64,000 bases of DNA, taken from positions 12,896,001-12,960,000 of the forward strand of contig OX597830.1 in assembly GCA_951406725.2 (NCBI GenBank), written 5' to 3'. The notes below the pieces were generated by a model. The model was given only the letters and a program-made list of their open reading frames with translations, made no database searches and had not been told where the DNA came from. Positions 39,998 through 57,894 of this stretch are shown here, in pieces. This stretch comes from Octopus vulgaris. Lineage: Eukaryota. Made by a program: the position numbers and the translations under genes. Numbering within the stretch: position 1 is the stretch's first letter; each line of letters begins with the position of its first letter.

Positions 39998-40410
39998 TAG
40001 ATCTTTCTGAACGGTTTGAACGGCAGTTTTTAACATAATTTCTAGGTAACTAAAAAATTTTTAACTTCGTATACTGGTAGAATGTATTTATAAAACATTT
40101 TTTTCTCTTGACTTTATTGAGAAAATTCTATAGTTTGTAAGATATTTGTTGTTTTTTGCTTCAATTTCTGCAATTTCAACCAATCAATTACGTCTACTGA
40201 GGTAAAAAAAACATTCTGTGCCGTATGAATATGTCCCTCGTTTAAGAAACAGATTGGGTTTATTTACATTTGTGAAGAAAAAAAGATACCCTTAACCCAC
40301 TCCTAACCCTAACCCTAACCCTAACCCTAAAATAGATTGAAATGCAATAGATCGATTCTAGGGTCATAATTATGGGTGACAATTTCATATGACACCGCTA
40401 GATCTTTCTG
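39998..40410 (+). mobile_element. MITE with internal (CCCTAA)n
   Basis: Homologous to 62734-63159; flanked by TAGATCTTTCTG direct repeat. Confidence 0.8.
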
Positions 40411-40614
40411 GACAGTTTACTTCTTGCAAAATAACTGTTGTCCGTTACCGTGTGCTTTGAGATGTGAGGTCAGATATTGCACCCTGTAACAGTGCCCAGA
40501 AGGAAAGAGATTTCAAAGAATCAAAAGCATAAAATAAGGGACGTATCTATGTCAGCTAATAAAAAAATTCCTACTTTTGCATTACCTTCATTTAGCCTCG
40601 TATATGTGTCAGCG

Positions 40615-42353
40615 TGGAGGCGCAATGGCCCAGTGGTTAGGGCAGCGGACTCGCGTCAAAGGATCACGGTTTCGATTCCTAGACCGGGCGTTGTGAGTGT
40701 TTATTGAGCGAAAACACCTAAAAGCTCCACGAGGCTGCGGCAGGGGATGGTGGTGATCCCTGCTGTACTCTTTCACCACAACTTTCTCTCACTCTTACTT
40801 CCTGTTTCTGTTGTACCTGTATTTCGAAGGGGCCGGCCTTGTCACTCTCTGTGTCACGCTGAATATCCCCGAGAACTACGTTAAGGGTGCACGTGTCTGT
40901 GGAGTGCTCAACCACTTACACGTTAATTTCACGAGCAGGCTGTTCCGTTGATTCGGATCAACCGGAACCCTTGTCGTCGTAACCGACTGAGTGCTTCCAT
41001 CCGAGGCTCCGGCAGGGGATGGTGGTGATCCCTGCTGTACTCTTTCACTACAACTTTCTCTCACTCTTACTTCCTGTTTCTGTTGTACCTGTATTTCGAA
41101 GGGGCCGGCCTTGTCACTCTCTGTATCACGCTGAATATCCCCGAGAACTACGTTAAGGGTGCACGTGTCTGTGGAGTGCTCAACCACTTACACGTTAATT
41201 TCACGAGCAGGCTGTTCCGTTCATTCGGATCAACCGGAACCCTTGTCGTCGTAACCGACTGAGTGCTTCCATCCGAGGCTCCGGCAGGGGATGGTGGTGA
41301 TCCCTGCTGTACTCTTTCACTACAACTTTCTCTCACTCTTACTTCCTGTTTCTGTTGTACCTGTATTTCGAAGGGGCCGGCCTTGTCACTCTCTGTATCA
41401 CGCTGAATATCCCCGAGAACTACGTTAAGGGTGCACGTGTCTGTGGAGTGCTCAACCACTTACACGTTAATTTCACGAGCAGGCTGTTCCGTTCATTCGG
41501 ATCAACCGGAACCGTTGTCGTCGTAACCGACTGAGTGCTTCCATCCGAGGCTCCGGCAGGGGATGGTGGTGATCCCTGCTGTACTCTTTCACTACAACTT
41601 TCTCACACTCTTACTTCCTGTTTCTGTTGTACCTGTATTTCGAAGGGGCCGGCCTTGTCACTCTCTGTATCACGCTGAATATCCCCGAGAACTACGTTAA
41701 GGGTGCACGTGTCTGTGGAGTGCTCAGCCACTTACACGTTAATTTCACGAGCAGGCTGTTCCGTTGATTCGGATCAACCGGAACCCTTGTCGTCGTAACC
41801 GACTGAGTGCTTCCATCCGAGGCTCCGGCAGGGGATGGTGGTGATCCCTGCTGTACTCTTTCACCACAACTTTCTCTCACTCTTACTTCCTGTTTCTGTT
41901 GTACCTGTATTTCGAAGGGGCCGGCCTTGTCACTCTCTGTGTCACGCTGAATATCCCCGAGAACTACGTTAAGGGTGCACGTGTCTGTGGAGTGCTCAGC
42001 CACTTACACGTTAATTTCACGAGCAGGCTGTTCCGTTGATTCGGATCAACCGGAACCCTCGTCGTCGTTACCGACTGAGTGCTTCCATCCGAGGCTCCGG
42101 CAGGGGATGGTGGTGATCCCTGCTGTACTCTTTCACTACAACTTTCTCTCACTCTTACTTCCTGTTTCTGTTGTACCTGTATTTCGAAGGGGCCGGCCTT
42201 GTCACTCTCTGTGTCACGCTGAATATCCCCGAGAACTACGTTAAGGGTGCACGTGTCTGTGGAGTGCTCAACCACTTACACGTTAATTTCACGAGCAGGC
42301 TGTTCCGTTGATTCGGATCAACCGGAACCCTCGTCGTCGTAACCGACGGAGTG
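40615..42353 (+). repeat. SINE B-derived tandem array: one head plus six 272-bp units
   Basis: Units start at 40730, 41002, 41274, 41546, 41818 and 42090; near identical. Confidence 0.95.
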
Positions 42354-42438
42354 AAAAGAAGAAGATATGTGTCAGCGTGTGTGTGTCTGTGTGCGGTACA
42401 AAACGTTTATATACAAAATGCACTCACATAATTACACA

Positions 42439-45400
42439 CATACATACACATACATACATACATACATACATACATACATACATACATACATACATACACA
42501 CATACATACATACATACATACATACATACATACATGCATACATACATACATACATACATACATACATGCATACATACATACATACATACATACATACATA
42601 CGTACGTACATACATACATGCATACATACATACATACATGCATACATACATACATACATACATACATACATACATACATACATACATGCATACATACATA
42701 CATACATACATACATACATACATACATACATGCATACATACATACATACATACATACATACATACATACATACATACATACATACATACATACATACATA
42801 CATACATACATACATACATACATACATACATACATACATACATACATGCATGCATACATACATACATACATACATACATACATACATACATACATACATA
42901 CATACATACATACATACATACATACATACATACATACATACATACATACATACATACATACATACATACATACATACATACATACATACATACATACATA
43001 CATACATACATACATACATACATACATACATACATACATACATACATACATACATACATACATACATACATACATACATACATACATACAAACATACATA
43101 CATACATACATACATACATACATACATACATACATACATACATACATACATACATACATACATACATACATACATACATACATACATACATACATACATA
43201 CATACATACATACATACATACATACATACATACATACATACATACATACATACATACATACATACATACATACATACATACATACATACATACATACATA
43301 CATACATACATACATACATACATACATACATACATACATACATACATACATACATACGTACGTACATACATACATACATACATACATACATACATGCATA
43401 CATACATACATACATACATACATACATACATACATACATACATACATACATACATACATACATACATACATACATACATACATACATACATACATACATA
43501 CATACATGCATGCATACATACATACATACATACATACATGCATACATACATACATACATACATACATACATACATACATACATACATACATACATACATA
43601 CATACATACATACATACATACATACATACATACATACATACATACATACATACATACATACATACATACATACATACATACATACATACATACATACATA
43701 CATACATACATACATACATACATACATACATACATACATACATACATACATACATACATACATACATACATACATACATACATACATACATACATACATA
43801 CATACATACATACATACATACATACATACATACATACATACATACATACATACATACATACATACATACATACATACATACATACATACATACATACATA
43901 CATACATACATACATACATACATACATACATACATACATACATACATACATACATACATACATACATACATACATACATACATACATACATACATACATA
44001 CATACATACATACATACATACATACATACATACATACATACATACATACATAAATGCATACATACATACATACATACATACATACATACATACATACATA
44101 CATACATACATACATACATACATACATACATACATACATACATACATACATACATACATACATACATACATACATACATACATACATACATACATACATA
44201 CATACATACATACATACATACATACATACATACATACATACATACATACATACATACATACATACATACATACATACATACATACATACATACATACATA
44301 CATACATACATACATACATACATACATACATACATACATACATACATACATACATACATACATACATACATACATACATACATACATACATACATACATA
44401 CATACATACATACATACATACATACATACATACATACATACATACATACATACATACATACATACATACATACATACATACATACATACATACATACATA
44501 CATACATACATACATACATACATACATACATACATACATACATACATACATACATACATACATACATACATACATACATACATACATACATACATACATA
44601 CATACATACATACATACATACATACATACATACATACATACATACATACATACATACATACATACATACATACATACATACATACATACATACATACATA
44701 CATACATACATACATACATACATACATACATACATACATACATACATACATACATACATACATACATACATACATACATACATACATACATACATACATA
44801 CATACATACATACATACATACATACATACATACATACATACATGCATACATACATACATACATACATACATACATACATACATACATACATACATACATA
44901 CATACATACATACATACATACATACATACATGCATGCATACATACATACATGCATGCATACATACATACATACATACATACATACATACATACATACATA
45001 CATACATACATACATACATACATACATACATACATACATACATACATACATACATACATACATACATACATACATACATACATACATACATACATACATA
45101 CATACATACATACATACATACATACACATACATACATACATACATACATACATACATACATACATACATGCATACATACATGCATACATACATACATACA
45201 TACATACATACATACATACATACATACATACATACATACATACATACATACATACATACATACATACATACATACATACATACATACATACATACATACA
45301 TACATACATACATACATACATACATACATACATACATACATACATACATACATACATACATACATACATACATACATACATACATACATACATACATACA

Positions 45401-46206
45401 TACATACATACATACATACATACATACATACATACATACATACATACATACATACATACATACATACATACATACATACATACATACATACATACATACA
45501 TACATACATACATACATACATACATACATACATACATACATACATGCATGCATACATACATACATACATACATGCATACATACATACATACATACATACA
45601 TACATACATACATACATACATACATACATACATACATACATACATACATACATACATACATACATACATACATACATACATACATACATACATACATACA
45701 TACATACATACACATACATACATACATACATACATACATACATACATACATACATACATACATACATACATACATACATACATACATACATACATACATA
45801 CATACATACATACATACATACATACATACATACATACATACATACATACATACATACATACATACATACATACATACATACATACATACATACATACATA
45901 CATACATACATACATACATACATACATACATACATACATACATACATACATACATACATACATACATACATACATACATACATACATACATACATACATA
46001 CATACATACATACATACATACACATACATGCATACATACATACATACATACATACACATACATGCATACATACATGCATACATACATACATACATACATA
46101 CATACATACATACATACATACATACATACATACATACATACATACATACATACATACATACATACATACATACATACATACATACATGCATACATACATA
46201 CATACA

Positions 46207-46240
<34 letters not shown>

Positions 46241-48645
46241 CATACATACATACATACATACATACATACATACATACATACATACATACATACATACATA
46301 CATACATACATACATACATACATACATACATACATACATACATACATACATACATACATACATACATACATACATACATACATACATACATACATACATA
46401 CATACATACATACATACATACATACATACATACATACATACATACATACATACATACATACATACATACATACATACATACATACATACATACATACATA
46501 CATACATACATACATACATACATACATACATACATACATACATACATACATACATACATACATACATACATACATACATACATACATACATACATACATA
46601 CATACATACATACATACATACATACATACATACATACATACATACATACATACATACATACATACATACATACATACATACATACATACATACATACATA
46701 CATACATACATACATACATACATACAAAACATGCATACATACATACATACATACATACATACATACATACATACATGCATACATACATACATACATACAT
46801 ACATACATACATACATACATACATACATACATACATACATACATACACGCATACATACATACATACATACATACATACATACATACATGCATGCATACAT
46901 ACATACATACATACATACATACATACATACATACATACATACATACATACATACATACATACACACATACATACATGCATACATACATACATACATACAT
47001 ACATACACGCATACATACATACATACATACATACATACATACATACATACATACATACATACATACATACATACATACATACATACATACATGCATACTT
47101 ACATACATACATGCATACATACATACATACATACATACATACATACATACATACTTACATACATGCATACATACATACATACATACATACATACATACAT
47201 ACATACATACATACATACATACATACATACATACATACATAAATACATACATACATACATACATACATACATACATACATACATACATACATACATACAT
47301 ACATACATACATACATACATACATACATACATACATACATACATACATACATACATACATACATACATACATACATACATACATACATACATACATACAT
47401 ACATACATACATACATACATACATACATACATACATACATACTTGCATACATACATACATACATACATACATACATACATACATACATACATACATACAT
47501 ACATACATACATACATACATACATACATACATACATACATACATACATACATACATACATACATACATACATACATACATACATACATACATACATACAT
47601 ACATACATACATACATACATACATACATACATACATACATACATACACGCATACATACATACATACATACATACATACATACATACATACATACATGCAT
47701 GCATACATACATACATACATACATACATACATACATACATACATACATACATACATACATACATACATACATACATACATACACACATACATACATACAT
47801 ACATACATACATACATACATACACGCATACATACATACATACATACATACATACATACATACATACATACATACATACATACATACATACATACATACAT
47901 ACATACATACATACATACATACATACATACATACATACATACATACATACATACATACATACATACATACATACATACATACATACATACATACATACAT
48001 ACATACATACATACATACATACATACATACATACATACATACATACATGCATATATACATACATACATACATACATACATACATACGTACGTACATACAT
48101 ACATGCATACATACATACATACATGCATACATACATACATACATACATACATACATACATACATACATACATACGTACGTACATACATACATACATACAT
48201 ACATACATACATACATACATACATACATACATACATACATACATACATACATACATACATACATACATACATACATACATACATACATACATACATACAT
48301 ACATACATACATACATACATACATACATACATACATACATACATACATACATACATACATACATACATACATACATACATACATACATACATACATACAT
48401 ACATACATACATACATACATACATACATACATACATACATACATACATACATACATACATACATACATACATACATACATACATACATACATACATACAT
48501 ACATACATACATACATACATACATACATACATACATACATACATACATACACACACACACATACATACATACATACATACATACATACATACATACATAC
48601 ATACATACATACATACATACATACATACATACATACATACATACA

Positions 48646-48679
<34 letters not shown>

Positions 48680-48825
48680 CATACATACATACATACATAC
48701 ATACATACATACATACATACATACATACATACATACATACATACATACATACATACATACATACATACATACATACATACATACATACATACATACATAC
48801 ATACATACATACATACATACATACA

Positions 48826-48861
<36 letters not shown>

Positions 48862-50315
48862 CATACATACATACATACATACATACATACATACATACAT
48901 ACATACATACATACATACATACATACATACATACATACATACATACATACATACATACATACATACATGCATGCATGCATACATACATACATACATACAT
49001 ACATACATACATACATACATACATACATACATACATACATACATACATACATACATACATACATACATACATACATACATACATACATACATACATACAT
49101 ACATACATACATACATACATACATACATACATACATACATACATACATACATACATACATACATACATACATACATACATACATACATACATACATACAT
49201 ACATACATACATACATACATACGTACATACATACATACATACATACATACATACATACATACATGCATACATACATACATACATACATACATACATACAT
49301 ACATACATACATACATACATACATACATACATACATACATACATACATACATACATACATACATACATACATACACATACACATACATACATACATACAT
49401 ACATACATACATACATACATACATACATACATACATACATACATACATACATACATACATACATACATACATACATACATACATACATACATACATACAT
49501 ACATACATACATACATACATACATACATACATACATACATACATACATACATACATACATACATACATACATACATACATACATACATACATACATACAT
49601 ACATACATACATACATACATACATACATACATACATACATACATACATACATACATACATACATACATACATACATACATGCATACATACATACATGCAT
49701 ACATACATACATACATGCATGCATACATACATACATGCATGCATACATACATACATACATGCATACATACATACATACATACATACATACATACATACAT
49801 ACATACATACATACATACATACATACATACATACATACATACATACATACATACATACATACATACATACATACATAAATCCATACATACATACATACAT
49901 ACATACATACATACATACATACACATACATGCATACATACATACATACATACACATACATGCATACATACATACATACATACATACATACATACATACAT
50001 ACATACATACATACATACATACATACATACATACATACATACATACATACATACATACATACATACATACATACATACATACATACATACATACATACAT
50101 ACATACATACATACATACATACATACATACATACATACATACATACATACATACATACATACATACATACATACATACATACATACATACATACATACAT
50201 ACATACATACATACATACATACATACATACATACATACATACATACATACATACATACATACATACATACATACATACATACATGCATACATACATACAT
50301 ACATGCATACATGCA

Positions 50316-50349
<34 letters not shown>

Positions 50350-50822
50350 CATGCATGCATACATACATACATACATACATGCATACATACATACATACAT
50401 GCATACATACATACATACATACATACATACATACATACATACATACATACATACATACATACATACATACATACATACATACATACATACATACATACAT
50501 ACATACATACATACATACATACATACATACATACATACATACATACATACATACATACATACATACATACATACATACATACATACATACATACATACAT
50601 ACATACATACATACATACATACATACATACATACATACATACATACATACATACATACATACATACATACATACATACATACATACATACATACATACAT
50701 ACATACATACATACATACATACATACATACATACATACATACATACATACATACATACATACATACATACATACATAAATACATACATACATACATACAT
50801 GCATACATACATACATGCATGA

Positions 50823-50853
<31 letters not shown>

Positions 50854-53782
50854 CATACATACATACATACATACATACATACATACATACATACATACAT
50901 ACATACATACATACATACATACATACATACATACATACATACATACATACATACATACATACATACATACATACATACATACATACATACATACATACAT
51001 ACATACATACATACATACATACATACATACATGCATACATACATACATACATACATGCATACATACATACATACATACATACATGAATACATACATACAT
51101 ACATACATACATACATACATACATACATACATACATACATACATACATACATACATACATACATACATACATACATACATACATACATACATACATACAT
51201 ACATACATACATACATACATACATACATACATACATACATACATGCATACATACATACATACATACATACATACATACATACATACATACATACATACAT
51301 ACATACATACATACATACATACATACATACATACATACATACATACATACATACATACATACATACATACATACATACATACATACATACATACATACAT
51401 ACATACATACATACATACATACATACATACATACATACATACATACATACATACATACATACATACATACATACATACATACATACATACATACATACAT
51501 ACATACATACATACATACATACATACATACATACATACATACATACATACATACATACATACATACATACATACATACATACATACATACATACATACAT
51601 ACATACATACATACATACATACATGCATGCATACATACATACATACATACATACATACATACATACATACATACATACATACATACATACATACATACAT
51701 ACACGCATACATACATACATACATACATACATACATACATACATACATACATACATGCATGCATACATACATACATACATACATGCATGCATACATACAT
51801 ACATACATACATACATACATACATACATACATACATACACACATACATACATACATACATACATACATACATACATACACGCATACATACATACATACAT
51901 ACATACATACATACATACATACATACATACATACATACATACATACATACATACATACATACATACATACATACATACATACATACATACATACATACAT
52001 ACATACATACATACATACATACATACATACATTACATACATGCATACATACATACATACATACATACATACATACATACATACATACATACATACATACA
52101 TACATACATACATACATACATACATACATACATACATACATACATACATACATACATACATACATACATACATACATACATACATACATACATACATACA
52201 CATACATACATACATACATACATACATACATACATACATACATACATACATACATACATACATACATACATACTTGCATACATACATACATACATACATA
52301 CATACATACATACATACATACATACATACATACATACATACATACATACATACATACATACATACATACATACATACATACATACATACATACATACATA
52401 CATACATACATACATACATACATACATACATACATACATACATACATACATACATACATACATACATACACGCATACATACATACATACATACATACATA
52501 CATACATACATACATACATGCATGCATACATACATACATACATACATACATACATACATACATACATACATACATACATACATACATACATACACACATA
52601 CATACATACATACATACATACATACATACATACATACACGCATACATACATACATACATACATACATACATACATACATACATACATACATACATACATA
52701 CATACATACATACATACATACATACATACATACATACATACATACATACATACATACATACATACATGCATACATACATACATACATACATACATACATA
52801 CATACATACATACATACATACATACATACATACATACATACATACATACATACATACATACATACATACATACATACATACGCATACATACATACATACA
52901 TACATACATACATACATACATACATACATACATACATACATACATACATACATACATACATACATACATACATACATACATTTATACACACATACATACA
53001 TACATACATACATACATACATACATACATACATACATACATACATACATACACACATACATACATACATACATACATACATACATACATACATACATACA
53101 TACATACATACATACATACATACATACATACATGCATACATACATACATACATACATACATACATACATACATACATACATACATACATACATACATACA
53201 TACATACATACATACATACATACATACATACATACATACATACATACATACATACATACATACATACATACATACATACATACATACATACATACATACA
53301 TACATACATACATACATACATACATACATACATACATACATACATACATACATACATACATACATACATACATACATACATACATACATACATACATACA
53401 TACATACATACATACATACATACATACATACATACATACATACATACATACATACATACATACATACATACATACATACATACATACATACATACATACA
53501 TACATACATACATACATACATACATACATACATACATACATACATACATACATACATACATACATACATACATACATACATACATACATACATACACATA
53601 CATACATACATACATACATACATACATACATACATACATACATACATACATACATACATACATACATACATACATACATACATACATACATACATACATA
53701 CATACATACATACATACATACATACATACATACATACATACATACATACATACATACATACATACATACATACATACATACA

Positions 53783-53816
<34 letters not shown>

Positions 53817-54440
53817 CATACATACATACACGCATACATACATACATACATACATACATACATACATACATACATACATACATACATACATACATACATA
53901 CATACATACATACATACACATACATACATACATACATACATACATACATACATACATACATACATACATACATACATACATACATACATACATACATACA
54001 TACATACACATACATACATACATACATACATACATACATACATACATACATACATACATACATACATACATACATACATACATACATACATACATACATA
54101 CATACATACATACATACACTCATACATACATACATACATGCATACATACATACATACATACATACATACATACATACATACATACATACATACATACATA
54201 CATACATACATACATACATACATACATACATACATACATGCATACATACACTCATACATACATACATACATGCATACATACATACATACATACATACATA
54301 CATACATACATACATACATGCATACATACACTCATACATACATACATACATGCATACATACACACACATACATACATACATACACACACATACATACATA
54401 CATACATACACACACATACATACATACATACATACGCATA
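42439..54440. repeat. ~12-kb (CATA)n simple satellite
   Basis: Direct inspection; scattered CATG, CGTA and CACA variants. Confidence 0.99.
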
Positions 54441-54474
54441 TTATTCTACTCACATTCTATCGATATATTCATTT

Positions 54475-54735
54475 ATTCTTTTACTTGTTTCAATCATTTG
54501 ACTGCGGCCATGCTGGAGCACCGCCACTAATCGAACAAATCGACCCCAGGACTTATTGTTTGTAAGCTTAGTACTTATTCTATTGGTCTCTTTTGCCGAA
54601 CCGCTACGTTACGGGGACGTAAACAAACTAACATGGGTTGTCAAGCGACGGTGGAAGACAAACACAGACACACAAATATACGTGCACACGCACGCAGACA
54701 TACACACACGTGCGCACATACATACATACATATAT

Positions 54736-54786
<51 letters not shown>

Positions 54787-55100
54787 TATAAGTGGTTACG
54801 GTATTCGGCTCACGATCTTAAGGTCGTCAGTTCAAACCCCGGCGACGCGTTGTGTCCCTGAGCAAGACACTTTATTTCACGTCGCTCCAGTCCACTCAGC
54901 TGGCAAAAATGAGTTGTACCTGCATTTCAAAGGGGCTAGACTTGTGTCACATTCTGTGTCACGCTGAATCTCCCTGAGAACTACGTTAAGGGTACACATG
55001 TCTGTGGAATACTCTGCCACTTGCACGTTAATTTCACGAGCAAGCTGTTCCGTAGATCGTATCAGCTGGAACCTTTGTCGTCATAACTGATGGAGTGCTC

Positions 55101-55138
<38 letters not shown>

Positions 55139-55262
55139 GACGGGCCTCTTTCAGTTTCCGTCTACCAAATCCACTCACAAGGCTTGGTGGTCTCGAGGCT
55201 ATAGATGAATTCACTTACCCAAGGTGCCACGCAGTGGTTGGAAAGCAAGCTTCTTACCACGC
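54475..55262 (-). mobile_element. SINE A split by a plus-strand SINE B-related element (54785-55100)
   Basis: Tail 54475-54720, head 55137-55262; insert flanked by (TA)n. Confidence 0.85.
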
Positions 55263-55595
55263 CTGCTTTTCTCTCTACAAAACAGAATGTTACATCGCGG
55301 AACAGTCATTTTAACGAGTTGTATTTATTTATCACTCGACGAGATACATCTGCACCACCGGATGCTCCTGAATCAGTTGTTAAGTGTCCCACCCATGAGG
55401 AATCGATGCTAGATATGTAGAAACAATTGTCGTGATTAATAATAAATTCTCCTATATTCCATTTTCCGTCTTTCAATTGCCAATAGCAGCCAAAATAGCA
55501 GCCAAAACTTGACTCTGAAACCACATTAAATGTTCATACAGCACCAGGAGAGAAGACAAAAAGACAAAATAAACTAGCAAAAGAATAACTGGATA

Positions 55596-55654
55596 ATTCC
55601 AGATCCCGGATTTCTGGATCTGCATAAGAAATGCTTTGCCTTCATCAGTGGAAT
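55596..55654 (-). ncRNA. Type I hammerhead ribozyme candidate
   Basis: Minus strand AUUCCA-CUGAUGA-A-GG..GCAU(UUCUU)AUGC..CC-A-GAAA-UCCGGGA-UC-UGGAAU; 6-bp stem I. Confidence 0.7.
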
Positions 55655-55677
55655 ATACGCAGATAGCACATAAATAC

Positions 55678-55715
<38 letters not shown>

Positions 55716-55721
<6 letters not shown>

Positions 55722-56460
55722 CAATACAGGGTAGCAAAAATTCAAGAAAAAATTCAAGAAAAATTTTGCAACCAGCGGTCAAGTGAGAAAATAGAAATAG
55801 CCACAGACTATATAATATATTCAACAAAATATTAAGGAAAGACCCTTACAGGTCGTTCGACTCACTTAAAAAGAGCAGCCAAAACTCAAACCGCAAAAAT
55901 AGTAGTAATTCTGAAAGCTAAAGGAGAAATAAAAACATTTATCCCTTTCCAACTTTGTACCCTGCAAGGTATCAACAATTTTTACGCAATCGAACTTAAT
56001 TAAATTAAATTAAATCCGTTTACGATTGGTTTGTTTCATCAGCAAAGTCCCAAAAGAAATATATTGATAAATTTAAATTAATAATTTTTGACTAATTCTG
56101 AAATTGTATCAGCAGTTTATATTTGCTGCTGAGTAGTTGGCGCGGTTACGTTGGATTTCGAAAAATTAGGATATATACACTCGGGGCTTCAGCGGTATCG
56201 CCTCGTGTGTATATGTTCGCCTTTTCTTTTGGGACTTTGCTGATGAAACAAACCAATCGTAAACGGATTTAATTTAATTTAATTAAGTTCGATTGCGTAA
56301 AAATTGTTGATACCTTGCAGGGTACAAAGTTGGAAAGGGATAAATGTTTTTATTTCTCCTTTAGCTTTCAGAATTACTACTATTTTTGCGGTTTGAGTTT
56401 TGGCTGCTCTTTTCAAGTGAGTCGAACGACCTGTAAGGGTCTTTCCTTAATATTTTGTTG
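55716..56460. mobile_element. Hairpin element in (TA)n: ~238-bp arms (55822-56059 / 56223-56460)
   Basis: Near-perfect inverted repeat, ~163-bp spacer, ~105-bp unpaired left extension, (TA)n on both sides. Confidence 0.9.
56234..56330 (+). ncRNA. Hammerhead variant with long stem II and GAUA in place of GAAA (mirror copy 55952-56048, minus strand)
   Basis: ACUUUG-CUGAUGA-AACAA..CAAUCG..CGAUUG..UUGUU-GAUA-CCU(UGCA)GGG-UA-CAAAGU. Confidence 0.65.
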
Positions 56461-56482
56461 TATATATATATATATATAAATA

Positions 56483-56584
<102 letters not shown>

Positions 56585-56613
56585 ACATACGAATACTTAC
56601 ATATACGAACATA

Positions 56614-57330
56614 TACATCCCTCGACTATTGCGGGTGTTATGTTCCAAAAAAACCCCGCGATAGGGTGAAAATTCGCGAAGTAAAAAAAGCACTATAACT
56701 GTATATTTTTTAATTTTTATTTTTATATATTTATTCTATTGTTTTTATATATTTAAGCTTTTATTAACTTTCCCCATACTCTTAAGAGTACCCGTGTCTT
56801 CTCTTTTTTTTATTTATTTATTTTTTTATTTTTTGCTGCCAGTGAGGAACATAGTGGTGAGCAGTTGCTGCCTTTCCTTCTGCGTAAGGAGGTTTTTATA
56901 AACTTCCATGGATCCGTCGATTGCATTCCTGACCTGCAACGCACGAATCATCAGGAGGTCCCAATCGTCCGCCATTGTCTGAAGTTCTTTTGCCGTTTTT
57001 GTTAGAGTTGGGAGACGTTCTAGTGGTAGGCCGACTTCTTCTTCTTCCTCTAGATCTTCTTCTTCTCCTTCTCCTTCTTCTTCTTCTTCTTCTTCTTCTT
57101 CTTCTCCTCCTCCTCCTCCTCCTTCTTCTTCTTCTTCTTCTCCTTCTTCTCCTTCTTCCTCTTCTCCTTCTCCTTCTTCGTCTCCTTTTCCTTCTTCTTC
57201 TCCTTCTCCTTCTTCTTCTTCTCCTCTTCCTTCTTCTTCTTCTTCTTCTTCTTCTTCTTCCTCTTCCTCCTCTTCCTCCTCCTTCTCCTCCTCGCTTGCT
57301 GACTTCGTCATCTCCGTCATCAGATCTTCA
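56614..57330 (-). mobile_element. pogo/Tigger-like transposon 3' end
   Basis: TIR-like ATCCCTCGACTATTGCGGG..CCCCGCGATAG; ORF 56826-57320 resembles the acidic C-terminus ending ERQQLLTTMF. Confidence 0.6.
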
Positions 57331-57497
57331 TTCGTTAATAGATCTGGACTGAGGGCACAGAATGGTCGAGTGGTTACTGTATTACAAAACAGCGAGAATC
57401 GAAATATCCATTCTCACCACGTTTCCTGCTCACTGGGACCGTAAAACGACTCTTCGTTGAGAGTACCGTATCGGAGAACGACTTATATATATATATA

Positions 57498-57894
57498 CTA
57501 GCAGTATCGCCCGGCGTTGCTCGGGTTTGTAAGGGAAATAACTATAAAGCATTTTTAGAGAGTTATAGCCAAAAAATAGCAAAAAATGCATTAAAAATGG
57601 AAAAAATATGATGGTAAATTTTTTTTTAAATCGTTGACTCATCGTAGACATTTTTAGAGAGTTACTTCCTTATATAATAGCAAAAAAATGCATTAAAATG
57701 GGAAAAAATGATGGTAATTTTTTTTTAATCGTAGACTCATCGTAGACGCGCGCTAATACCCAGAAGGGCTCGATATGAATCACGACTATAAGATACCCGG
57801 TTTTGGTTAAACTGCACCGCAAAATGTGGGAGTAGTTAGGAATCTAAATCGAAGGAGACAGATACTCACACAACTTCACTTTTATATATAAAGA
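57498..57894 (-). mobile_element. Non-autonomous Helitron-like element
   Basis: Minus strand starts TC, ends CTAG between host A and T, with subterminal GC hairpin CCCGAGCAACGCCGGG; internal ~100-bp duplication. Confidence 0.75.

Larger units (their letters stand above)
38640..40560 (-). mobile_element. Decayed Ty3/Gypsy pol fragments interrupted by a SINE and a MITE
   Basis: KIAKEEFSHILQLGIIRPSSN..SLLHM (ORF 39539-39823) then GDYRMLN; FNEIKDKL and DASD.GIGAVL RNase H-like motifs near 38890-39000. Confidence 0.75.

Noticed and set aside
40300-40330. (CCCTAA)n as a telomere or chromosome fusion scar
   Set aside because: Short and internal to a repeated MITE
40718-42275. Repeated 103-aa ORFs suggesting a tandem gene cluster or CRISPR-like array
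   Set aside because: Antisense frames of SINE B units; no unique spacers or cas genes, and the context is eukaryotic
42308-54565. ORFs up to 2794 aa (HTYI/MYVC repeats)
   Set aside because: Stop-free translations of (CATA)n, open in all frames
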